A stretch of DNA of 63,763 nucleotides, filler included, from Octopus bimaculoides (lineage: Eukaryota): assembly GCF_001194135.2 (NCBI RefSeq). It is 9 parts of 9 records of this genome, joined end to end, with 100 filler letters (N's around TTAATTAATTAA, not from the genome) between each part and the next. Parts side by side here need not be neighbours in the genome. Positions count along the whole stretch, not along the records: positions 9,431 to 24,600 come from NC_068981.1; positions 24,701 to 28,693 come from NC_068985.1; positions 28,794 to 38,057 come from NC_069001.1; 6 more parts are not named here. One strand, given 5' to 3'. The notes under the pieces are model-generated. The model was not told the DNA's origin, did no database searches, and worked only from the letters and a program-made list of their open reading frames with translations. The translations under genes and the position numbers were made by a program. This document shows, one piece after another, positions 22,740 to 35,135 of this stretch; the stretch's first letter is position 1; every line of letters starts with the position of its first letter.

Positions 22740-23479
22740 TTGTGCGTGTGCATGTGTGTGTGCATGTGTGTGTGTGTGCACGCTTGTGTGTGTGCGTGCG
22801 GGTGTGTGTGTGTGTGTGTGAATCTATGTGTGTATAAACAATTCGGTTGGGTCTAGTGTTTACTGGGTGCGGTGCAATACGTGTAGTGAGTGTACCCACG
22901 TGTGAACTTGACGACCCGCTGTGTGTTCAGTCAGCCATTTGTGATGTCAGCTCAACCGGAGTGCAAATCCGTGTTTACTTTGGTAAGCACGTATTTGTCT
23001 TTAAACGTTATCTGTACACGATAATGCTATCCCCGACCTTATTTCGCTGCTTTATTACGTAAGTACCTGATTTTCTTGAATCTTCGAAATCTTTTTATAT
23101 ATAAACATATAAATGCTTCCATATCCATCTATGTGTGGTGCATTATTCGACAACGTAGAATAATACATATTTTTAACCTTCAGCTGGTTAACGACAAAAC
23201 CCGTGTCCGAAATATTCGAGTGAGGGAGCGAACACCTACCATATCACATTGACAAGATCAGTAGACCAGTCTGGTTCCAGGTCATTTCTCTTCACCAGTA
23301 CTGGACACCTGTCTGCTAGGCATGGCAGTCGTTCGCCCTAGCTCGTCATCTTACGTCCGTCCTTGCATTGTTATTACTTACATCTCTTACACAGATTCTA
23401 GAGTTCTATATTTAAGAGAGGAGGAATTATGTACATTATTTACATTCGACGGATATTTGTCCTCATCTTCTTTGCTGTT

Positions 23480-23525
23480 AACACAATGTTTCAGCTGATA
23501 TACCCTCTAGCCTTCTTTAGGTGTA
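23480..23525 (-). ncRNA. Minimal type-I hammerhead-like motif, left arm
   Basis: TACAC | CTAAAGA-A | GGCTA-GAGGGTATAT-CAGCT | GAAAC-ATT | GTGTT. Confidence 0.5.
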
Positions 23526-23562
23526 TTGGAGAAATGAGAACTCAGCTTCGAAATTTCCCCAA

Positions 23563-23608
23563 GACACCCGAAGAAGGCTGGAGGGTATATCAGCCGAAAC
23601 GTTTTGTT
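23563..23608 (+). ncRNA. Minimal type-I hammerhead-like motif, right arm
   Basis: GACAC | CCGAAGA-A | GGCTG-GAGGGTATAT-CAGCC | GAAAC-GTT | TTGTT. Confidence 0.6.
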
Positions 23609-24065
23609 AATAACAAACAAGATGTGGACAAATATCCTTCAAATGTAAATAATATAAATAATGTAGAGATTCTAGAGCTTGCTACTTTGCTTATATATAT
23701 ATATATATATATNNNNNNNNNNNNNNNNNNNNNNNNNNNNNNNNNNNNNNNNNNNNNNNNNNNNNNNNNNNNNNNNNNNNNNNNNNNNNNNNNNNNNNNN
23801 NNNNNNNNNNNNNNNNNNNNNNNNNNNNNNNNNNNNNNNNNNNNNNNNNNNNNNNNNNNNNNNNNNNNNNNNNNNNNNNNNNNNNNNNNNNNNNNNNNNN
23901 NNNNNNNNNNNNNNNNNNNNNNNNNNNNNNNNNNNNNNNNNNNNNNNNNNNNNNNNNAATTTAACCACTAAAGAAAGCAATTACTTCAAAGGGGTGTATA
24001 AAACATTCATATGACTGGTACGTCGTCAGTTGAATATACATACATATGAATATAATGCTAATTAC

Positions 24066-24466
24066 AAACAATAAATTAAATAGAGAAATTCAATTAAGAA
24101 TTCAATAATTTATTTATGTTATGATATAGCATAATATACGATGATATGTAAGATAATATTTTAAAAAATCATTAAAAAAACAAAATAGCCAACAATTTTT
24201 TGCAACATATATATATTATTTGATCTATAAACAATACATACCTATTTATATTAGTCTCTCCAGAGACTTATACAAGTGTGTCTGTATTGTTTAAAAATCA
24301 AATAACGTATATAAATCAAATATTGTATATAAGTCGAGACACATTGTTGGCTATTTTGGTTTTTAATGATTTTTTTTGTTATATTACATTATATTCATTG
24401 TATATTATGTTATAACATAACTAAATAATTGGATTGTCAACTGAATCTCTATTTAGTTTATTGTTT
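24066..24466. repeat. ~400-bp AT-rich imperfect palindrome (fold-back or MITE-like)
   Basis: Centre AGTCTCT-CC-AGAGACT (24253-24268). Paired blocks include AAAATAGCCAACAAT/ATTGTTGGCTATTTT and AAACAATAAATTAAATAGAGA/TCTCTATTTAGTTTATTGTTT. Confidence 0.8.
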
Positions 24467-24560
24467 ATGTATGTATGTATATATATATATGTGTGTGTGT
24501 GTGTGTGCATACATACATATATATACACACATGCATATATACATATATATATATATTTAT

Positions 24561-24600
<40 letters not shown>

Positions 24601-24701
24601 NNNNNNNNNNNNNNNNNNNNNNNNNNNNNNNNNNNNNNNNNNNNTTAATTAATTAANNNNNNNNNNNNNNNNNNNNNNNNNNNNNNNNNNNNNNNNNNNN
24701 A

Positions 24702-24741
<40 letters not shown>

Positions 24742-24904
24742 ATATGTATATATTATATGTGTGTGTGTGTGTTTGTGTATACATACATATACATTGCGAT
24801 GTGTAAATTGTCGCAATATTATATTTTTAATTTCGCGCATTGTTTGTTTATTTTTATTTTGTCGACTACACAGTACAGTTGGTTCATTTGAGCACTGTCT
24901 GTGA

Positions 24905-25485
24905 GAAAAACAGCAACATGAGGCAATACTATCTGCTAGAGTGATAAAGATAAAACATCCAGTCAACATCATGGTGTTCGGAGTGACCATTAGTGATGGC
25001 GACGTTATGCCTCTATTCATCTTCCCACACGGCCTCACACACAGCACGCTGGCCTACATCAAGTGCCTGGAGGAGTTAGTGCTGCCCTGGGTGGCTGATG
25101 AAAGATCTTATGTCTTGCAACAAGACTCTGCACCATGCTACACAACAAGCGAAATCCAGTCATATTTGTCAGACAATTTCTGCGACCACATCACCCCTAA
25201 CATCTGGTCACCTAACTTCCTATACTGCAAACTTTTCGTTATTATGTCTGGGGCACAAAACTCCTTGTAACACCAAAGATGGACTGAAGGCAAGAATCAT
25301 GGCAGCGTTCATCAACTTAAATTAGGAGGCCGTCCAGAAGCTTTGCAGGAGGTACCGAATTGTGATTGATACCGATTTCAAGGTATTTCTATGTAATTTT
25401 GGTAAATACATATGTTAAAATGAGATGTCAGTGCTATTTTCATTTCTGCGTAATATATACGACAATTTATTCACCGCATCTTGTA
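24905..25485 (+). mobile_element. maT (DD37D) Tc1/mariner transposase relic with 3' TIR
   Basis: KHPVNIMVFGV...YIKCLEELVLPW...QQDSAPC...DNFCDHITPNIW...NTKDGLKARIMAAF; ends TTATTCACCGCATCTTG followed by TA. Confidence 0.9.
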
Positions 25486-25496
25486 TACATACTTAC

Positions 25497-25609
25497 TGCG
25501 CGACCGTATGGTAAGAAGCTTGCTTCCCAACCACATGGTTCCAGGTTCAATCCCACTGACCAAAACCTCGTGGATGGATTTGGTAGAGATAAACTGGAAG
25601 ATGCCCGTC

Positions 25610-25641
<32 letters not shown>

Positions 25642-26027
25642 NNNNNNNNNNNNNNNNNNNNNNNNNNNNNNNNNNNNNNNNNNNNNNNNNNNNNNNNNNN
25701 NNNNNNNNNNNNNNNNNNNNNNNNNNNNNNNNNNNNNNNNNNNNNNNNNNNNNNNNNNNNNNNNNNNNNNNNNNNNNNNNNNNNNNNNNNNNNNNNNNNN
25801 NNNNNNNNNNNNNNNNNNNNNNNNNNNNNNNNNNNNNNNNNNNNNNNNNNNNNNNNNNNNNNNNNNNNNNNNNNNNNNNNGCTGCTTAGTAGTCCAGCAA
25901 AAGAGGGCGATAGAATAAGGACTAGGCTTACCAAGAATAAGTCCTGGGGTCCATTTGTTCGACTAAAGGTGGTGCCCCAGCTTTGCCGCAGTCAAATGAC
26001 TGAAAGAATTAAAAGAATAAAAGAATA
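25497..26027 (+). mobile_element. SINE family A spanning an N-gap
   Basis: Head before the (TA)n tract and gap; tail GGTGCCCCAGC...CAAATGACTGAA...AAAGAATAAAAGAAT after it. Confidence 0.85.
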
Positions 26028-26104
26028 AGGAGAAGAATCCAAAAGCAATTCAAATAGAAATTGCATTACTTTCCGCCTCATATATATTCTTCGTCTCTGT
26101 CTCT

Positions 26105-26148
<44 letters not shown>

Positions 26149-26210
26149 ACACACACACACAGACATACACACACACACATACATACATACATACTTACAC
26201 AAATGCATAC

Positions 26211-26246
<36 letters not shown>

Positions 26247-27270
26247 ATATATATATATTATGCACATACGATATATGCATACATATATTTATATGCACAT
26301 GTGTATATGTTTATATACATAATTACAATTATGCTTGCATATGCATAGGTGTGCGTATGCGTGTTCGTGTGTGTCTGTGTAAGAGTGTCTGTGTAAGTGT
26401 GTGTCTGAGTGAATATAAACATACATACATATGGCGTCGTATCCACTTCTCCCCCCTCTCTCTCTTGAAACATACGTAAACACACGCACACATATTTATA
26501 CAATCACACCTGGTCTATGTAATTCCATATGAGTCTATATTCAATTACTTTCTTTGTGCCAACCTCTTATTATGTATTTGTGCTAAAGTGGACTTACTCT
26601 ATATCCATCTTCTCTCCTCATTTATTTTTCTATCAACACCAGCCATTTATTTGATGATCTGTTCTTTATCATCGTTTCTCTTGTATTTTATTTTCTCTTC
26701 TCTTTACCAACATCAATTCACTATAATCTTGTGGTAAAGAAACTGAAATCATCATATGTAACTCAACTGATTTCGAATGAGCGAAGTTGGAGTAGATGAT
26801 TGCTCTCCGTTAATTGAAAAAAAAAAAAAAAGTCTCATTTTCGAAGCCCAACAAAAATAATGTATTACATTCCAGGACATGATAATTGAGAAACCCCTAT
26901 TATTTGTTTGGTCTGTTTTCCTATTCCACGTTTAATTGCAATTCGTATTCTCTTACTAGTCTAAGAAGAATTTCATTTAAAGAAACTCTGTGGAAAGGTA
27001 AGAAGGATTAGATTTCAAACAGATGTAGCGGCATACATGACAAACAAACTCCATGAGAGCGAGCAAGTGTTCATATATATATTTTCCTTTTTCTTTTGTT
27101 ATATGTGATTCTTATCGACAAAAGAACATATTAGCATATACTGTTTGCGATTTATTATTATTATTTCCACTGCAGACCCTCACACCGTTCTTCATGCCAT
27201 TATGTTAAACATTTAATTCTTTAATGCACCATGCTTTCTAATATACTTCTAAATTAAATTGTTCAGATAA

Positions 27271-27437
27271 ATCGATTACATCGACGTCTGTATTTAACTG
27301 GTACTTATTTTATCGACACCGAAAGGATGAAAGGTAAAGTTGGCCTCGGCGGAATTTGAACTTGGAATATAGAGACGGAAGAAATGCCGCTAAGCAGTTT
27401 TGCCCGCTGTGGTAAGGATCCTGCCAGCTCGCCGCCT
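27271..27437 (-). mobile_element. SINE family B
   Basis: CGATTACATCGAC...GAAAGGATGAAAGG...GAATTTGAAC...CTGCCAGCTCGCCGCC. Confidence 0.85.
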
Positions 27438-27544
27438 ATTTCCTATATTAATTGAAACCTAAAATGAGCTATTCTATTATTCGCTTATTCTTTTACTTTT
27501 TTCAGGAATTTGCTAAATCAATGCCTTGGAATGGAGTGGGGGTT

Positions 27545-27905
27545 AGTGCAACAAATCAACCCCAGGCGTTATTTTATAAGCCTAGTAATTATAATATCAG
27601 TCTCTTATATTGAACCGTTAAGTTACGGAAACGTAAACCCACCAACACCGGCTGTTGAGCGGTGATGGGAGACAAACACAGACACAAAGATACACACACA
27701 CGCATACACACACACACACACACACACGCACACACAAATATATATACACACGGCAGGCTTCTTTCGGTTTCCGTTTACCAAATCCACTCACGAGGCTTAA
27801 ATCGACCCAAGGCTATAGCAGAAGACACTTGCTCAAGTTGCCACGAAGTGGGACTGAACCCGGAACCATGTGGTTGGGAAGCAGGCTTCTTACCACACGC
27901 CTACG
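27545..27905 (-). mobile_element. SINE family A, near complete
   Basis: Reverse complement of the family A body, (CA)n and head (GTGGGACTGAACCCGGAACCATGTGGTTGGG). Confidence 0.85.
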
Positions 27906-28966
27906 CTTACGGAAAACGAATAGCGTTACATTTTATTTTGAAATTAGTCGCAGCTGCTGATACTGTGTCCAAAAGTGACCACATTTAAGTATATCTATAA
28001 GATTACCCAGGGGGTTCACAGTCATTTTTAGGATAATAGACTGATTTTGATTGGATTTTAGTCGAGCTACATTTCAGACATTCCTATATTACAATTTTAA
28101 AAACGGTTGACGGGTTGTCAAGAGAAAGTAAATATTGTTTCAAAACAAGTATTTCATATTCGTATCTGTAGGTATTCATATAATATATGCGTACTTACTC
28201 ACGCAGATACACACACACACACACACATACTCGCACACACACACGCACACACGTAAACACGCATAAACTCATGCACTCACGCGCACACACGCAAAATACT
28301 CTTCTATATATGTTTGCTTTTAAGGTGTAAGGGTGTTTGTGTGCAAAACCTGTGTCACTGTACACATACCTGAAATCCATTACTAATTCCTAAAATTGAC
28401 ATAACTGTTCAAAATGTCACAAATATTGCTCTCCTTATTGATTATTTTTTCTCAGTTCCATACTGTGTTTCTTATGATAACTGTAATATGTTTTCTTGTT
28501 ACTTCTTATTCATTCTACTCTCTATCCCTTTCTGACTGACTGTTTGTCTGTCTTTCTGTCTGTATCTCTCTCTCTTTATCTCTCTGTCACTTTGTCACCA
28601 TCTCTTTTTCCCATGGCCACGTGCAAACACATGTAAAAACAGATGTACACATCAAAACAATAATATGCACATATATATATATATATATATATANNNNNNN
28701 NNNNNNNNNNNNNNNNNNNNNNNNNNNNNNNNNNNNNTTAATTAATTAANNNNNNNNNNNNNNNNNNNNNNNNNNNNNNNNNNNNNNNNNNNNTATATAT
28801 ATGCATATACATATATATACACATACATATATATGTATTACACATACAATGTATGTATATAATATATATACATAGGTATAAATTATGTGTGTGTATGGGT
28901 GTGTGTGGAGGAATATGTATATATATATATATACATGAATGCATGCATGCTTACATATGTATACAT

Positions 28967-29002
<36 letters not shown>

Positions 29003-29121
29003 TTATTCCACTTTAGTGATCATAGTAATCCGCAATTAAAGAAAAAACTGAATGGTAAAAATAGTATACTATATTTGTATATATGTGTATATATTTCCCC
29101 CTCAACTAGTCTCTCTCTCTT

Positions 29122-29154
<33 letters not shown>

Positions 29155-29732
29155 TTCTCTTTCATTGCCTTATCCTCTCTCCTTATCATTACTGCCATTC
29201 TTCCCTGTTTCCCATCTTCACCCCTTTTTCCTCCCCTTCAATACCACCCCCTATCATCTCCTGTTCCTCCACCCCAACACCCTCTTTCTTATTTCCTATA
29301 TCTGCTTCTGCTTCACTTGGAATAAATCTATAGATTTCAGCCAACATTTCGTGTGGTGCTCCTTCTCTCTCCTCCAGCAGTGACAGCCTCAATGTTCTGC
29401 CGGTTCACGGATGGGAGAGCAGCGGAGATATCAGTCCCTGCTAATGACTATAAAGGCATCTCAAGTAATTACAGCAATTAGTGAAACTGAGGTACTACGT
29501 ACCAGATCATACTCATTTGCAAGAGATAGCTAATCTCTCTCTCTCTCTTTCTCTCTTTCTCTCTTTCTCTCTTTGTCTCTTTGTCTCTGTCTGTCTGTCT
29601 GTTTGTCTCTCTTTCTATTTACAGGGTGTTCAGGTTAAATTTGAAAATTTTTTTATTTCTCCTTTTTTTCAGTAACAGCTTGATGTATTGGGAACAGTCA
29701 ATGGCGTTGGAGAGCATGCTGTTGGAAGGTCA

Positions 29733-29781
<49 letters not shown>

Positions 29782-30135
29782 ATGTATATAGGATGGACTA
29801 AGTTACAGGGACGCAAACACACCAGCATCAGTTGTCAAGCAAAGTTGGGGGGGACAAACACATTATCTTAGACGAGGGTTGGCAAATTTCTTATGTGATT
29901 AACCCACATCATGGAATCATTAAGAACTTATTAATCTCCATTGTGCAAATTTCTAAAATAAAATTAAAAAAGTATAATTCATAAAAATATTTCTTGAATT
30001 GGAAACAATAATTCATTCGTTCTTTTGTGTTATTTCTGCTTTTTAATGAGAAATATTGAAAGGAACTTAATGAAAACACTTAACGAAATTAATTAAGAAC
30101 AATTAAGAATTCAGTCACATTATATTGACATCATC

Positions 30136-30261
30136 GAAATATCAACCCCTCCCCGCTTGCATAGATACATACCCGAGGAGTCAATATCTACCCCCTTGGA
30201 TAGACAGATACTCCAGGGGGTCAATATCGACCCCCTTGGATAGACACATACTCCAGGGGTC
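30136..30261. repeat. 40-bp tandem repeat, 3 copies, each self-complementary
   Basis: TCAATATC(T/G)ACCCCCTTGGATAGACA(G/C)ATACTCCAGGGG(G/T) at 30181 and 30221, with a diverged copy at about 30136. Confidence 0.9.
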
Positions 30262-30265
30262 AGTA

Positions 30266-30550
30266 GCAAGATCATGCCAGTGCCACTGGACTGGCTCCTG
30301 TGCAGGTGGCACATAAAATACACCATTTTGAGCGTGGCCATTGCCAGTACTGCCTGACTGGCCATCGTGCTGGTGGCACGTAAAAGCACCCACTATACTC
30401 TCGGAGTGGTTGGCGTTAGGAAGGGCATCCAGCTGTAGAAACATTGCCAGATCAGATTGGAGCTGGTGCAGCCTTCTGGCTTGCCAGTCCTCAGTCAAAT
30501 CGTCCAACCCATACCAGCATGGAAAGCGGACGTTAAACGATGGTGATGAT
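30266..30550 (+). mobile_element. RTE LINE family 2, 3' UTR only (heavily 5'-truncated)
   Basis: GGCTCCTGTGCAGGTGGCAC...GTTGGCGTTAGGAAGGGCATCCAGCTGTAGAA...GCGGACGTTAAACGATG-(GAT)n; same 3' end as 56368-57932. Confidence 0.9.
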
Positions 30551-30689
30551 ATATATATATATATGTTTATGTATATATATGATACACATTAATATATATA
30601 GAAAGGCAGATACAAAGTTGGGTTACAGAGAGTAAGAGAGGAAAAGATTGAGAGAGAAACATGAAGAGATACACAGACAGACAGACTGA

Positions 30690-31155
30690 CAAGCAGTCAG
30701 GCAGACAGACAGACAGACAGACGGACAGACGGACAGACAACTAGACAGACATGAGTTGTGAATGTCATAAGCTCTGTAATTACCACCAAATAAATCAATG
30801 TATTCACTCTTTGGTGAACAAAATAATACAAATAATAAAGCAACATATTAACATCATCATCATCATCATCATCAGAACAACTTCTAACATCACACCACCA
30901 CCACCACCACCACCACCACCACCCATTGCCACCCTCACCATCACCATCATCATCATCATCATCACCAGCAGCAGCAGCAACAACAACGTCAGTACTGGCA
31001 TCTGTAGCACCACCACCACCACCATCACCACCACATCATTTCCTCTACTGCCTACCTCCATTCCAATGAGAACAACAAGCCCAACAACACAATCACCATC
31101 ACTAGATCCACCACCACCACCACCACCACTACCACCACCACCACCACCACCACCA

Positions 31156-31197
<42 letters not shown>

Positions 31198-33394
31198 GTG
31201 TTGCTGCAGCTCTTATCTAACCACCCGCATCACTGCTACAATACAACAGATTCCCATTTTTCTTCAAGAAATATTCCTCTTCCTTTTTTTGGCACATTTC
31301 ACCATTGTGATGCCTTGCCAAGTTTCCACGAGTAATCATGCAGCATCTTCGAGCATCATCACTGTCATCACTATCATCATCATCATCACCATCATCATCT
31401 TCATCATCATCATCATCATCGTTGCCGTCATCGTCATCGTCATCATCATCATAATTGTCATTCATTGTCATCACAAATACCATCAACGTTGTGGTAGTTT
31501 GTCGTCCTCATTACCATTCATCATCATCACCATCATCATCATTGTTGTCATCATAGTCATCATCATCACCAATACTATAATTACCGTCATCGTTTGTCAT
31601 CATCATCATCATCATCATCATCATTATGAACCCTAATGTAACTTTCATCATCACTCTCACCGTTCTCTCACCTCCATGAACATGATTGTCTCCAACGTTT
31701 CACCAAATGTGGGATTCTTGTTGAAACTAAACTCTATTGACTTCTCGGCTAGCTGGGAAGTGCCCAGGGCCATTTGCACTTACCCCTTGGCACTTGCCCC
31801 TCCTTCATAGCACTAACAGACTACTTAACAAAAGAAGATCCCCCCTCCATCCTGCATCTGCCTCTCTCTTCCCCATCCACTCCTCTTGTCCACCCAACAG
31901 CACGTCATTTTCCCCACATCCTTTTCCTGTCTACTCTATCATTGTTATTACTGTGCTGCTCAAAGCAGCAGTGAGCTGATAGAGTCATTGGTCTGTTAAG
32001 CAGAATGCTTAATGGCATTTTCAGCTGTCTTTATATACAGAGACACCCTTCCTGACACCCCGTGGTTGCGGTTGGGCAAGCAAACCCTTTTTTTAAACCA
32101 CAAGTCCATGCATAGTGCCTGATGCTCCAGCATGGACTGAGAGCACTGGAAAACTTCAATGTAACCAAAAGAGATCAACAAAGTAAAAGAATTAAAGAAT
32201 TTTGGTGTTGTTGTTGTTGTCGTCGGTGGTGGTGGTGGTGGTGGTGGTGGTGGTGGTGNNNNNNNNNNNNNNNNNNNNNNNNNNNNNNNNNNNNNNNNNN
32301 NNNNNNNNNNNNNNNNNNNNNNNNNNNNNNNNNNNNNNNNNNNNNNNNNNNNNNNNNNNNNNNNNNNNNNNNNNNNNNNNNNNNNNNNNNNNNNNNNNNN
32401 NNNNNNNNNNNNNNNNNNNNNNNNNNNNNNNNNNNNNNNNNNNNNNNNNNNNNNNNNNNNNNNNNNNNNNNNNNNNNNNNNNNNNNNNNNNNNNNNNNNN
32501 NNNNNNNNNNNNNNNNNNNNNNNNNNNNNNNNNNNNNNNNNNNNNNNNNNNNNNNNNNNNNNNNNNNNNNNNNNNNNNNNNNNNNNNNNNNNNNNNNNNN
32601 NNNNNNNNNNNNNNNNNNNNNNNNNNNNNNNNNNNNNNNNNNNNNNNNNNNNNNNNNNNNNNNNNNNNNNNNNNNNNNNNNNNNNNNNNNNNNNNNNNNN
32701 NNNNNNNNNNNNNNNNNNNNNNNNNNNNNNNNNNNNNNNNNNNNNNNNNNNNNNNNNNNNNNNNNNNNNNNNNNNNNNNNNNNNNNNNNNNNNNNNNNNN
32801 NNNNNNNNNNNNNNNNNNNNNNNNNNNNNNNNNNNNNNNNNNNNNNNNNNNNNNNNNNNNNNNNNNNNNNNNNNNNNNNNNNNNNNNNNNNNNNNNNNNN
32901 NNNNNNNNNNNNNNNNNNNNNNNNNNNNNNNNNNNNNNNNNNNNNNNNNNNNNNNNNNNNNNNNNNNNNNNNNNNNNNNNNNNNNNNNNNNNNNNNNNNN
33001 NNNNNNNNNNNNNNNNNNNNNNNNNNNNNNNNNNNNNNNNNNNNNNNNNNNNNNNNNNNNNNNNNNNNNNNNNNNNNNNNNNNNNNNNNNNNNNNNNNNN
33101 NNNNNNNNNNNNNNNNNNNNNNNNCTTTGCCATTAGTTTCTCATCATTTCTTTGACTTCCTCCCCTCCCACCACGGCCACCTCTTAAACCATTAACTTTA
33201 TTTAACTCCCTGCATCTACAATTATCACATTGCAATGTCATCATCAGCAACACGTCATAACCACCACCACCACCACCACCATCATCGTCATCATCATCAT
33301 CACTATCACTCTCACCACCACACCAGTACAGCTGTTGCCAATACAAAGAACTTTCTTATTGGTGCCACCATCACCACTACCCACCCCACATCAT

Positions 33395-33426
<32 letters not shown>

Positions 33427-33914
33427 GCAGCATCACTGCAACTACTGTCCTGTCCGCACTAGTATTATTATTCTCATTGTATGCACTACCACACTACAAC
33501 TTACAAATATGACCACCACCACCAGCCACCACCACCACCAACACCCTGCTCTTCTCCGAATCACCATTCACTAGTATCAATGATGACGATGATGACGATG
33601 ATGATGATGAAGGGTGGAGGAGGAGAGAGAGGATATCGATCATCATCATTATCATCATTATCATTATCAATCGATCACTAACATCATCATCAATCAATCA
33701 GTCATCATCGCCATCAGCACCATCAATCAATCACCATCATCATCATCGTCAACCAATCAATCAACAGTGCCATCATCATCATCATCATCATCATCATCAC
33801 TACCATCATCGTCATCTTTTCCACCATCCTCATCATCCGCATCATCACCAATTTATCGTCCTCTTCATCAATCACATACATCATGCTTCTCATCACCACC
33901 ACCACCACCACCAC
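30690..33914. repeat. More than 3-kb field of compound trinucleotide repeats (CAT, CAC, CAG, TAC), with gaps
   Basis: Direct reading; it generates spurious poly-P/H/S/D ORFs. Confidence 0.95.
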
Positions 33915-34390
33915 NNNNNNNNNNNNNNNNNNNNNNNNNNNNNNNNNNNNNNNNNNNNNNNNNNNNNNNNNNNNNNNNNNNNNNNNNNNNNNNNNNNNNN
34001 NNNNNNNNNNNNNNNNNNNNNNNNNNNNNNNNNNNNNNNNNNNNNNNNNNNNNNNNNNNNNNNNNNNNNNNNNNNNNNNNNNNNNNNNNNNNNNNNNNNN
34101 NNNNNNNNNNNNNNNNNNNNNNNNNNNNNNNNNNNNNNNNNNNNNNNNNNNNNNNNNNNNNNNNNNNNNNNNNNNNNNNNNNNNNNNNNNNNNNNNNNNN
34201 NNNNNNNNNNNNNNNNNNNNNNNNNNNNNNNNNNNNNNNNNNNNNNNNNNNNNNNNNNNNNNNNNNNNNNNNNNNNNNNNNNNNNNNNNNNNNNNNNNNN
34301 NNNNNNNNNNNNNNNNNNNNNNNNNNNNNNNNNNNNNNNNNNNNNNNNNNNNNNNNNNNNNNNNNNNNNNNNNNNNNNNNNNNNNNNNNN

Positions 34391-34422
<32 letters not shown>

Positions 34423-35135
34423 TATATATATATATACATATATACATACATACGTACATACATACATACAGATAGATAGATAGATAGATAGAATACATAT
34501 ATATTTAGTGATATATGTGTATGCCCGCAAATATACATATGGATATACATGTATGTATCTATGCACATATATGTGTGTATATGTTTAAATGTGTGTGTGT
34601 ATGTGTGTGCTTACATAACAGTGGTACCATAGAGTATGAAGGAACAGAGGCATGGTATGGGAAGAGGGGATGGCTGGATAGGGAAATGGGTAGGGGTGGG
34701 TCGGTAGAGAAATATCAATTTACGATTTTCACCAAACTGAATTGTCGGGTATGGTGAGGGGAGGGGGGGGCAGGTGAGTTTAGGGAGTCGAGAGAACTTG
34801 GCTGGAAATGTTTATCCCATCAGAATCCTATAATGGTAACCATGATGGTGGTGGTGGTGGTGCTGCTACTGTTGCTGTTGCTGGTGGTGGTTGCAGTGGT
34901 GGGGAAGGCAGGAAATGTAGTGATGCTTGCAGTAGGTTCTGGTTGCTATGAGGAAACAGAAAAGGGCCAAAGAATTTTGTAATAATGTCGTCTTACGTTG
35001 GTGCATAATAATAATAATAATAATAGCTTTTTTTAAAGTTGTTAGTTTCACGGTGGAACTGACCATGTAAATTCCACATGGAGCAAGAAAAAACATGACC
35101 AGGAAGCATCATGGAGGTGGCTCAGTCATGGTGTT

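Larger units (their letters stand above)
23426..23662. mobile_element. Palindromic non-autonomous element with two inverted hammerhead-like motifs (Penelope pLTR-like)
   Basis: 95-bp arms at 23435-23529 and 23559-23653 are reverse complements with 13 mismatches and no indels (counted by hand). Confidence 0.8.

Noticed and set aside
30136-30261. CRISPR-like array
   Set aside because: Head-to-tail repeats without unique spacers, no cas genes, eukaryotic context.
30751-31335. 194-aa poly-Pro/poly-Leu ORF as a transcription factor exon
   Set aside because: Entirely explained by triplet microsatellites; no DNA-binding domain.
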